The notes beneath the pieces are model-generated. The model had not been told where the DNA came from. It saw nothing but the letters and a program-made list of their open reading frames with translations, and searched no databases. A stretch of DNA of 32,000 nt from Phycisphaera mikurensis NBRC 102666. GTDB lineage: Bacteria; Planctomycetota; Phycisphaerae; Phycisphaerales; Phycisphaeraceae. Shown piece by piece: positions 9,096-19,661 of this stretch. Numbering within the stretch: position 1 is the stretch's first letter; the number at the start of each line of letters is the position of its first letter. Position numbers and translations under genes: made by a program. The stretch lies in contig NC_017080.1 in the NCBI RefSeq assembly GCF_000284115.1, positions 1,110,001-1,142,000 of the forward strand, in the 5' to 3' direction.

Positions 9096-10329
9096 GGGTG
9101 GCTCCTTGCGTGGGAGGGCGTGCGCGTGGGGATCTACGGTACGGGGCGTCGCCGTGGCCGCACCTCCCACCTCCAACTCGTGGCTGGAGGTGGACCTCGC
9201 GGCGGTGGAGGCCAACGCGCGGGTGCTGGCCGCGGCGGCGCCCGCGGCGTCGCTCTGCGGGGTCGTGAAGAAGGACGCATACGGGCTGGGCGGGCCGGCG
9301 GTGGGGCGGGCGCTGGAGGCGGCGGGGGCGGGGATGCTGGCGGTGTACGAGCCGCGGGAGGCGCTGGCGATCGCCGAAGCGGGCGTCGGGCTGCCGTTCC
9401 TCGTGCTGCACGGCACGCTCGCGGCGGGTGATCCGTGGGCGGCCCTGGCGGAGGCGGGACGGCTGGAGTTCCAGGCGGGGGACGGCGAGCTGCTGGACGC
9501 GCTCGACGCGGAGGGACGGCGGCGGGGGATCCGGCTGCCGGTCCATGTCCACGCCGACACCGGGATGAGCCGGGAGGGGATGCCGGGGCCGGCGGCGGTG
9601 GACGCGGTGCGGGGGATCCCCGCGCGGGCCGGGCTGCGGCTGGCCGGGGTGATGACCCACCTCGCGACGGCCGATTCGGACGCCCGCCGGGCGGCCGGGC
9701 AGGTCGCGGCCTTCGACCGGCTGCTCGCGCAGATGGAGCTGCCGGAACACGCGGTGGTCCACCTGTGCAACTCGTACGCAGCGATGCGGGAGCCGGCTTG
9801 GCACCGGCGGATGATCCGGCCGGGGATCGGCCTGTACGGCTACGCCGAGCCCACCCTGGACCGCGGGGAGCGCTGGGAGACGGACGCCCGGCTCCGGCCG
9901 GTGGCGCGGTGGGTGTCGCGGATCGCGCGGGTGCTCGACGCGAGCGCCGGCGCACCGGTGGGCTACGGGGCAACCGAGTCGCTGGAGAAGGACACGCGGC
10001 TGGGGCTCGTGCCGGTGGGCTACGCGGACGGCTACCCGCTGGCGCTCTCGGGGCGGGGCGTCGTGCGGGTGGGAGGTGCCGAATGCCGCGTCGTCGGGCG
10101 GGTGAGCATGGACCAGGTGATGGTCGACCTCTCGGCCGCCCCGGGGGCCGGGCCGGGGGCGGAGGTGGAGGTGTACGGCAACGACCCCGCGGCCCCCAAC
10201 GCCCTCCCGCGGATGGCCGCCGCGGCGGGCAGCCACGCCTACGAGCTGCTCACGCGGATCCACCCGCGGGTGGAGCGGCGGCACGCGGTCGCGCGGCCTG
10301 GATTTGGTGACCCGCCCGATGCGGGTTAG
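9094..10329 (+). CDS. alr: Alanine racemase
   Basis: PLP-lysine motif VVKKDAYGLG after WLEVDLAAVEANARVL; GYGATESLEKDTRLGLVPVGYADGYP; VVGRVSMDQVMVDLS. Start uncertain: ATG 9094 or GTG 9154. Confidence 0.93.
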   Translation: MGGSLRGRACAWGSTVRGVAVAAPPTSNSWLEVDLAAVEANARVLAAAAPAASLCGVVKKDAYGLGGPAVGRALEAAGAGMLAVYEPREALAIAEAGVGLPFLVLHGTLAAGDPWAALAEAGRLEFQAGDGELLDALDAEGRRRGIRLPVHVHADTGMSREGMPGPAAVDAVRGIPARAGLRLAGVMTHLATADSDARRAAGQVAAFDRLLAQMELPEHAVVHLCNSYAAMREPAWHRRMIRPGIGLYGYAEPTLDRGERWETDARLRPVARWVSRIARVLDASAGAPVGYGATESLEKDTRLGLVPVGYADGYPLALSGRGVVRVGGAECRVVGRVSMDQVMVDLSAAPGAGPGAEVEVYGNDPAAPNALPRMAAAAGSHAYELLTRIHPRVERRHAVARPGFGDPPDAG

Positions 10330-10401
10330 GGTTTGACCGTCCGCAGCGAGCGGCGCCGGTGAGAAGAGAAAGATCCTTTCAAGAAGCGAGAACCGAAGAA
10401 G

Positions 10402-12084
10402 ATGATGCGTCGCCCCCTGCCGACCGGTGCCCTGCTCGTCGCCGCCTGCTCAATGGGGGGCGGGGCGTTCGCCCAGGCCGCCATCACCGCCCAGGGCAAC
10501 GTCCGCGTGGATCAAAACGCCGTCAGCGGCTCGTTGAGCAACCCGCTGTCGGCCGCGGGCGTGGGGGTGGGCGACCCCAACGGCTCCAACGCGGCCGCTT
10601 CGGGCAGCCTGAGCCTCGCGGGCGGCGCCTCCGCGACGGTCCAGCAGACCTTCTTGGCCAACTTCTTCGGATCGCGCACCGGCGTGCTCGACGTGCGCGG
10701 GTTCGGGACCGCGTACGGCGGCGGCGACCTCGCGGCGGGCGGGGGCGACGGCCGCGGCGTGCTGCGGGTGCTCGACGGCGGGCTGGTGGACCTCGACGGG
10801 CGGATCGACCTCGGTTCCTTCCAGGGCGGCGGCTCGGGCATCCTGCAGATCGACGGCTTCGCGGAGGTGGAGGCGACCTCGGCCGGCTTCCTCCGCGGCC
10901 GCGGCGACGTCACCGGCGGCGGCGTGCTGGACCTGGGCTTCGGCGGCCTGACCCTGGGCGACGGCGGCTCCTTCGACCTGTCGCTGGACACCGGCGGCGA
11001 GCTGCGGGTCGGCACCCTCCAGGTCGGCTCGACCAACGGCGGCGTCGGCAGCACGCTCCGCCTCGGCGACGACGCGGTCGCCCGTCTCGGGGCCGGCCAG
11101 GTGAACGCCGGCAGCCGGGTGGAGATGGCGGGCGGCACGATCCGCACCGACTTCCTGCTCCTGAGCGGCGGGGCGTTGGAGGGTTCCGGCCGCTTCGAGG
11201 GCGAGCTGCGGGTTTTGGACGGTGCCGGTTCCCGCGGGCGGGTCTCGGTCGCCGCGGGCGAGCGGCTGGCCGTGCAGCGGCCCGGGCAGTTCATCACCGC
11301 GATCGACAACGCGGGCCTCGTCGAGAACGGCGGCGTGCTGGACCTGGGCGGCGCGACCTTTGTCAACAACCAAAGCGGCTCCTACCTCGGCCGCGGCGGG
11401 ACCTTCCGCGGGTTCGAGTTCCAGAACGAGGGCCAGGACGCGGCGGTGGACCTGCTGTCGGGGGCCAACACCTTCGACGCGGACTTCATCAACAGCCAGA
11501 ACCGCCGGGTGACGGTGACCGGCGGGGCGACGGCCGCGTTCCAGCAAGACGTGGTGAACCAGGGCCTTGTCCGCGTCGACCCCGGCAGCCAGGCCACCTT
11601 CGTGGGCACCTACAGCGGTGCCGGCGACCTGCTCGGCGGCGGCGGCGTGACGTTCCTGGGCGACGTGCAGATCGGCAACAGCCCGGCGGTCGTCAACGTG
11701 GGCGTCGCGTCCACGTTCGCCAGCACCAGCACCTTCGAGATCGAGATCGGCGGCACCGACCGCGACGCCGAGGACTTCGACGGCGTCAACTTCCTGACCG
11801 GCGGGTCCTACGACTTCCAGGGCGGGACGCTGGACGTGAAGACCTTCGGCGGCTTCGCGCCCGAGAACGGCGACACCTTCGAGATCTTCCGCTTCGAGTC
11901 CTTCGCGATGATCCCGGTCACCGGCGGATTCGGCGACGTCGTGCTGCAGCAGCTCGGCGGCGGGCTCTCCTTCGACGTGTCGAACCTGCTCGTCGACGGC
12001 ACGATCACGGTCGTGCCCGAGCCGGCCTCGGCGGCCCTGCTGCTCGCCGGCACCGGCCTGCTGCTCCGACGCCGCCGGGCGTAG
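10402..12084 (+). CDS. Large secreted PEP-CTERM protein with autotransporter-like beta-strand repeats
   Basis: Signal peptide MMRRPLPTGALLVAACSMGGGAFAQA; repetitive GGxLDLGG/GxG-rich beta-repeat sequence; C-terminus VVPEPASAALLLAGTGLLLRRRRA. Confidence 0.85.
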   Translation: MMRRPLPTGALLVAACSMGGGAFAQAAITAQGNVRVDQNAVSGSLSNPLSAAGVGVGDPNGSNAAASGSLSLAGGASATVQQTFLANFFGSRTGVLDVRGFGTAYGGGDLAAGGGDGRGVLRVLDGGLVDLDGRIDLGSFQGGGSGILQIDGFAEVEATSAGFLRGRGDVTGGGVLDLGFGGLTLGDGGSFDLSLDTGGELRVGTLQVGSTNGGVGSTLRLGDDAVARLGAGQVNAGSRVEMAGGTIRTDFLLLSGGALEGSGRFEGELRVLDGAGSRGRVSVAAGERLAVQRPGQFITAIDNAGLVENGGVLDLGGATFVNNQSGSYLGRGGTFRGFEFQNEGQDAAVDLLSGANTFDADFINSQNRRVTVTGGATAAFQQDVVNQGLVRVDPGSQATFVGTYSGAGDLLGGGGVTFLGDVQIGNSPAVVNVGVASTFASTSTFEIEIGGTDRDAEDFDGVNFLTGGSYDFQGGTLDVKTFGGFAPENGDTFEIFRFESFAMIPVTGGFGDVVLQQLGGGLSFDVSNLLVDGTITVVPEPASAALLLAGTGLLLRRRRA

Positions 12085-12089
12085 AGACG

Positions 12090-12130
12090 GCACCGGAAGG
12101 CCCGTCGCGACGCGACGGGCCTTCCGGTGC
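12090..12130 (+). terminator. Perfect 20-bp stem intrinsic terminator-like hairpin
   Basis: GCACCGGAAGGCCCGTCGCG (12090-12109), 1-nt centre, CGCGACGGGCCTTCCGGTGC (12111-12130), directly after the PEP-CTERM gene stop. No T-tract. Confidence 0.75.
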
Positions 12131-12221
12131 GGGCCACGGCGGCGCCAACCCGCGGCGCGGCCGCTGCGCGAGGCCCAGACGGCCTCGCGTCGCGCTTGGG
12201 CTTTCAGGTGCGTCTCTCCGA

Positions 12222-12269
12222 GCCGCGGACCGCGGCCCGGAACCGCGCCGATCGGCGGCGGTCCGCGGC
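12222..12269. repeat. Inverted-repeat element IR-5 (GCCGCGGACCGC / GCGGTCCGCGGC)
   Basis: 12-bp perfect arms 12222-12233 and 12258-12269, 24-nt spacer containing the palindrome CGCCGATCGGCG; ends 5 nt from the stop of the 12275 gene. Confidence 0.85.
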
Positions 12270-12274
12270 CTCGC

Positions 12275-12478
12275 TCAGCCCTTCCGGTTCTTGATCGCCC
12301 GCCTGATCGGCTCGCGGAACACGAAGGCCGCGACGCCGGCGGCCAGCGGGAGGGCCAGCCAGAGCAGGTGGTGCAACGCGCCACCGACGGCGGCGGCGTG
12401 GTCGTGGCCGGGGTGCGCGAGGGCGGCGGGGGCGGCGACGAGCAGGACGGAGGTGGCGGCGGTGAGGCGGGTGGTCAT
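12275..12478 (-). CDS. Small membrane protein
   Basis: MTTRLTAATSVLLVAAPAALAHPGHDHAAAVGGALHHLLWLALPLAAGVAAFVFREPIRRAIKNRKG: signal peptide, His-rich segment, one C-terminal TM helix and a basic tail. Confidence 0.65.
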   Translation of the reverse strand: MTTRLTAATSVLLVAAPAALAHPGHDHAAAVGGALHHLLWLALPLAAGVAAFVFREPIRRAIKNRKG

Positions 12479-12544
12479 CGGGAGGTCCGGGCGGGTCGGG
12501 TTCGCAGGCGCCGGATCGTAGGGCTGCGCCGCACGCCGCGTTGC

Positions 12545-13555
12545 TCAGTGCAGGGGGTCTTCGCGGAGCATCCGGGTGTCGAGCGCCCACAGGCGGTCGG
12601 TGAAGCCGGTGTTGCCCCTGTCCCGCTCCACGGCCTGCATCGTCATCGCCATCTTCGCGTCGAGGTTGTCGAGCATCGAGACGAAGAGGGCCTCCGGCGT
12701 CGAGGGGATCTTCGCGGCGCCGAAGTCCGGCTGGCCGTGGTGCGAGATGACGATGTGGCGCAGCACCATGGCGGCCTTCTCCGGGACCGGCACCGCGGCG
12801 TCGCCGATCTCCTCCTTGAGCCGCGGATCGGCGCAGGCGGCGATCTTCGCGTCGAGCATCGACATGCCGCCGACGAGGTGGCCGATCAGGTTGCCCGCGT
12901 CGGTGTAGCCGAAGCCCTGCTTCCAGGTCAGCTCCTCGACCTTGCCCAGGTCGTGGACGAAGAGGCCCATGAGCACGAGGTCGCGGTTGAGGCCGGGGTA
13001 CAGCCCGACGAGCCGGTCGCCGGCGGTCATCAGGTCCAGCGTGTGCTCGAGCAGGCCGCCGAGCCAGGCGTGGTGCATCACCTTCGCCGCGGGCGCCTCG
13101 CAGAAGGCGCCCATCAGCTTCTGATCCTCCAAGAAGCGGTCACGCAGGCACTTCATCGCCGGGTTCTCGAGCGTGGCGAGCAGGCCCAGCACGTCCTGGA
13201 ACATCCGATCGACGTCCTTGTTCGAGGTCGGCAGCAGCTGGGCGAGGTCCTCGGCGTTGGGCTCGGCGGGCTCGATGCGGTCGAGCACGACCTGCATCTC
13301 GCCCTGGTAGACGCTGGTCTTGCCCTTGACCCACACGAAGCCGTCGCTGCCCAGCGATGCGGCCTTCTTCTCGTCGACGGACCACATCCGCATGGGGGCC
13401 CGGCCGGTCTTGTCCGAGAGCGTGCCCTTGAGGAAGTCCTTGCCGGCGCGGGTCTGGCCGACGCCCAGGCCGTTGGCGGCGTACACGCCCTCGATGCTTC
13501 CGTTGGCGGTCCACTCGGCGACGGGCACGCGTTGATTCTGGTTCTGGGCAGGCAT
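12545..13555 (-). CDS. OB-fold + HD domain protein, YhaM-like 3'-5' exoribonuclease family
   Basis: HHAWLGGLLEHTLDLM, LVLMGLFVHDLGKVEEL, LRHIVISHHG (HD-type metal motifs) after an N-terminal nucleic-acid-binding-like region (GKDFLKGTLSDKTGRAPMRMWSVDEKK). Confidence 0.85.
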   Translation of the reverse strand: MPAQNQNQRVPVAEWTANGSIEGVYAANGLGVGQTRAGKDFLKGTLSDKTGRAPMRMWSVDEKKAASLGSDGFVWVKGKTSVYQGEMQVVLDRIEPAEPNAEDLAQLLPTSNKDVDRMFQDVLGLLATLENPAMKCLRDRFLEDQKLMGAFCEAPAAKVMHHAWLGGLLEHTLDLMTAGDRLVGLYPGLNRDLVLMGLFVHDLGKVEELTWKQGFGYTDAGNLIGHLVGGMSMLDAKIAACADPRLKEEIGDAAVPVPEKAAMVLRHIVISHHGQPDFGAAKIPSTPEALFVSMLDNLDAKMAMTMQAVERDRGNTGFTDRLWALDTRMLREDPLH

Positions 13556-13693
13556 CCGGAGAAGGTAGCGGGCGCTTCAACCCGGCCCGGTCCAGCGGCG
13601 TGCTGTTCCGCCTGTGCCGGCTGGGCGGCTTCGGCGTGCCCGCGACCACCCCGCAGCGAGCCGCGGCGCTGGACGCCGGCGGCGGCGCTCTCG

Positions 13694-14521
13694 ATGCAGG
13701 AGGCCGTGGACGACTTCTGTTGGTTCGGCATCGCGGTGATGGTTTCGGTCGCCGGGTGGATGCTCGGCCGCCGGGCCGGCTCCGCTGGCGACCGCACCGC
13801 CCGCCTCGCCGCGATCCTCGGCGTCGTGCTGTTGATCGCCTGGACGTGGCTGCTGCGGCACCCCGCCGTCGGCGTGCGGCTCGTGCCGGTCTCGCTGCTG
13901 GCCCGCGTGGAGGGCACCGGCTCGGTTCCGATGTTCGCGCTGATCCTGGGCGTCTGCTGGGAGCGGGCCCGGGTCGCCCGCCAGCGGGCGGTGGTCGGCT
14001 GGGCCGTCGCGTTGGGCATCGTCTACCTGGCCAACGGCGGCGGCTGGCTGCTGCAGCAAACCCCCGACGCGGTGATGGGGCGGAGCACGCGGGCGACCGG
14101 GAGCGAGGCGCTGGTGATGCAGAGCCAGGACTTCTCCTGCGTGCCCGCCGCATGCGCGACGCTGCTCCGCCGGTGGGGGGAGCCGGCGAGCGAGGCGAAC
14201 ATGGCGAGGCTGACCCGGACGCGCGCGGGCAGCGGCTCGACGATGCTGCGCGCCCTCGAGGGACTCTCCGAGCGGCTCGCCGGGGCGGACCTGCGGCCGG
14301 TGCTGCTGCAGGTCGACTACGCCGATCTCGTCCGCCTGCCGATGCCGCTGATCACGCCGCTGCAGAACGAGGCCTCGCGGCGCCACATGGTCGCGATCGA
14401 CCGGCGCGTCGCCGCGGGCTACGTGCTGCTGGATCCGATCGACGGCGTGTACTGGATCGGCGACGACCAGCTCGCGTCGAGCTTCATCGGCCAGGTGATC
14501 GTGCTCGAAGAACGGCGTTGA
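13694..14521 (+). CDS. Membrane-anchored peptidase C39-like protein
   Basis: Several N-terminal hydrophobic helices (MQEAVDDFCWFGIAVMVSVAGWML...LAAILGVVLLIAWTWLL), then QSQDFSCVPAACATLLRRWGEPASE...GSTMLRALEGL...RHMVAIDRRVAAGYVLLDPIDGVYWI: Cys/His/Asp arrangement of C39-like peptidases. Track ORF 12368..14521 is over-extended. Confidence 0.8.
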   Translation: MQEAVDDFCWFGIAVMVSVAGWMLGRRAGSAGDRTARLAAILGVVLLIAWTWLLRHPAVGVRLVPVSLLARVEGTGSVPMFALILGVCWERARVARQRAVVGWAVALGIVYLANGGGWLLQQTPDAVMGRSTRATGSEALVMQSQDFSCVPAACATLLRRWGEPASEANMARLTRTRAGSGSTMLRALEGLSERLAGADLRPVLLQVDYADLVRLPMPLITPLQNEASRRHMVAIDRRVAAGYVLLDPIDGVYWIGDDQLASSFIGQVIVLEERR

Positions 14522-14528
14522 AGCCCGG

Positions 14529-14560
14529 GGTTTTGCACAAAACCGGCCATACCTTTATGT
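14529..14560 (+). promoter_or_regulatory. Candidate ppdK promoter with overlapping palindrome
   Basis: Palindrome GGTTTTG-CA-CAAAACC (14529-14544) overlaps a TTGCAC -35-like hexamer (14533-14538); TTATGT (14555-14560) sits 16 nt downstream in otherwise GC-rich DNA. Confidence 0.35.
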
Positions 14561-14717
14561 TTTCGGCTGCGCTCCGCCTGCGCCGCCGGGCGTCCCGCGC
14601 GTCCCGCGCGAGGCGGGCGCCGGGCTCGGCACCGCGCCCGCCCGGCGGCCGCGTTCCGGGTGGACGGACTGCGGACGCTCCGCACGCCCCCGAACCTTTT
14701 TCCCCGACGATCTCGAT

Positions 14718-17435
<2,718 letters not shown>

Positions 17436-17490
17436 TCCCGCCCGCCGCCCGCGCCGCGCTCCGACCCCGCCCGCGGCGGGATGACGACTC

Positions 17491-17532
17491 CGCAGCGAAG
17501 AGGCCGCCCGAGCGGGCGGCCTGTTCGCTGCG
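17491..17532 (+). terminator. ppdK: Long hairpin downstream of ppdK
   Basis: CGCAGCGAA-g-AGGCCGCCCG / ag / CGGGCGGCCT-g-TTCGCTGCG: 9 bp + 10 bp stem with one G-G mismatch. Confidence 0.75.
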
Positions 17533-17610
17533 CAGCCCGCTCACCTGCGCGGCGGCATCCGCCCGGGCCGCGGCCGGGAACGCGGCGAGGCAACCCGGTG
17601 GGCTGCGGGC

Positions 17611-19659
17611 TCAGGCCCGGGCCGGGGCGAGCGTCCACCAGCCGAAGGACCGGGCCCGCGGGAGGCGGAGGCGGAGCTCGCGTCCGCACGGTTCCAGAGC
17701 CTCCGCGGCGGCGGGGAGGCGGAGCCGTGCCGGTCCGATGGCGTCCCAGGGAAGGCCGAGCGTCCGCTCGGAAGCGGGGTGATTCTCGCGGAACGCGAGC
17801 AGGTGACGCGGGCGCGAGGGGTCGGCCGGCGCGACCGCGAAGCCGGTCCAGCCGAATCCATCGGGCTCGTCGCCGACGGGGACGACGGTCGCGCCGACCC
17901 AGTCGGCCCGCGCCTCTCGCCACGCCCGGATCACGGGCCCGGCCTCCCGCCGCCGCTCGGGCGCGAGGCGCTGCAACTCCATCCAAGCCAGCGGCGCCGC
18001 GACCATGACCGAGGCGAAGGCGTAGGCGGCGGAGCAACCCCGCGGCGCGAGCGCGTCGTCGGCGTAGCGGTCCGGGTTGCGGTCGGGGTTCAACCACTCC
18101 ATCCGCAGCCGGCTGGGCTCGACCCAGCGGGCGAGCTGCCAGAGCGTGCGGAGGGTGAGGTGCGGGAACCAGCTGCCCCAGTCGGTGTAGCGGTTCTGGA
18201 CGAAGACCGGACCGGCGTCGGGCCGCCCCAGGAAGTCCGGCCGCTTGCCGGCGGTGGCGTCGAGGTCCAGCGTGATGCGCTCGTCGCCGCCGGCGCCGGC
18301 CAGCACCCGGTCGATCATCCGGTGAAACCGCGACTCGCCGAGGCCGCTGTCGATGACGACCGCGTCGATCTTGAAGTGGGTGACGCCGAGCGTGCGGTGC
18401 AGGCCAAGAAGCGTCTGGGCGTCGCGGCGCCAGTTGGCGAAGTCCGCGGAGGAGTCGGGCGCGTACCACAGCCCCAGCCGCACGCCACGCGCCCGCGCGG
18501 CGTCGACCAGCGGTGTCAGCCCCCGCGGGAAGCGATCCGGGTGGGGCGACCAGAAGCCCTCGCTCTCGAAGAAGCCCGACCACTTCCCGCCCGCCTCGGT
18601 GGAGTTGGCGGAGCGCCCGGCCTGCCAGCCGTCGTCGATCTGCACGACGTCGACGCCGAGTTCGGCGGCGGCTTCGATCTCCCCGAGGACGAACGCCTCG
18701 CCCACGCGGCCGTCCCGGCCGCGGTCGCCCCAGGTGTTGCTGACCATCCAGCGGTCGGCCGCGGTCGGCACGCGGAGCCGGTGCTCGTGGTGCTGCAGCG
18801 CGGCGACGCGGCCGGCGACGCCGCCGCCGTGGAGCACGACGGCGTGCCAGTCGCCGATCCGCCAGCCCTCTTCTGCGTCGGGTTGCAGCGGCTCCTCGGT
18901 CAGCTCCAGCGTGCCGGCGTCGGCGAGCAAGTCGGGCCGTTGCCTCCGGCCCGGCGGTGCCGAACCCGGCAGGAGCCCGTGGCGGAGCAGGACGAGCCCG
19001 TCGCCGGAGAACGGTTCCACCAGGGCGAAGAGGTTGCCGTCGAGCGCGAGCTTCCGCTCGCCGCGCAGCCGGCCGAAGCGCCGCGGCTGCACCACCTCGC
19101 ACCGCTCGTCGGTGCGGCCGTGCAGCTCAACCGCTTCGAGCCGGAGATGGGCGGGAGCCAGCGGCAGCCGCTCGATCACGTTCCTGGCGCGGGCGTCGGT
19201 GGCCCGGGCCGCCGGCTCCACACCCTCCATCTCCACGCCGTCGCTGGTCCCGATCGCCGCCGTGCCCGCCGCGCCCGCCGCGTCCGAGCCATCGGCCCGC
19301 TGGGCGTGCCGCGTACGCACCACCGCCAGCCCCGGGAAGATCGCGACGTGCAGCCGCCGGTCCGGCGAGGCGAGCACGACCCGCAGGGCGGGAGCCTGAG
19401 CCGGAGGCGCGGGCCGCGGATCCGGCGCAAGGGTGAAGCCCGCGGCATCGGCGTCGGCACCGGCGTCCGCCCTCTCCCGCACGAGCCACTCCCGCTTCGA
19501 CCGCTCGTCGCGGAGGCTCGCAGCGAGCGGGACGCCGCCTGCGATCCGCCAGCGCCGCGTGATCGCGGCGTTGCCGACCTCCAGCACGCCGCCGCTCCAC
19601 GAGGCGTGGCAATCGTCCAGACGCAGCGGCGGTGTCGGCGGCGGGGCGGTGTCGGACAT
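17611..19659 (-). CDS. GH36-like alpha-galactosidase/melibiase-type hydrolase
   Basis: VDVVQIDDGWQAG motif, GVRLGLWYAPDSSADF, GVTHFKIDAVVIDSGLGESRFHRMIDRVL, TDWGSWFPHLTLRTLWQLARWVEP. Confidence 0.8.
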   Translation of the reverse strand: MSDTAPPPTPPLRLDDCHASWSGGVLEVGNAAITRRWRIAGGVPLAASLRDERSKREWLVRERADAGADADAAGFTLAPDPRPAPPAQAPALRVVLASPDRRLHVAIFPGLAVVRTRHAQRADGSDAAGAAGTAAIGTSDGVEMEGVEPAARATDARARNVIERLPLAPAHLRLEAVELHGRTDERCEVVQPRRFGRLRGERKLALDGNLFALVEPFSGDGLVLLRHGLLPGSAPPGRRQRPDLLADAGTLELTEEPLQPDAEEGWRIGDWHAVVLHGGGVAGRVAALQHHEHRLRVPTAADRWMVSNTWGDRGRDGRVGEAFVLGEIEAAAELGVDVVQIDDGWQAGRSANSTEAGGKWSGFFESEGFWSPHPDRFPRGLTPLVDAARARGVRLGLWYAPDSSADFANWRRDAQTLLGLHRTLGVTHFKIDAVVIDSGLGESRFHRMIDRVLAGAGGDERITLDLDATAGKRPDFLGRPDAGPVFVQNRYTDWGSWFPHLTLRTLWQLARWVEPSRLRMEWLNPDRNPDRYADDALAPRGCSAAYAFASVMVAAPLAWMELQRLAPERRREAGPVIRAWREARADWVGATVVPVGDEPDGFGWTGFAVAPADPSRPRHLLAFRENHPASERTLGLPWDAIGPARLRLPAAAEALEPCGRELRLRLPRARSFGWWTLAPARA

Positions 19660-19661
19660 CG

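Noticed and set aside
10450-12384. 644-aa minus-strand ORF antisense to the PEP-CTERM repeat protein
   Set aside because: Sense frame has signal peptide and PEP-CTERM; antisense frame has neither.
12368-13693. N-terminal ~440 aa of the 717-aa plus-strand ORF
   Set aside because: Antisense to the HD/YhaM-like gene; only the part from ATG 13694 resembles a protein.
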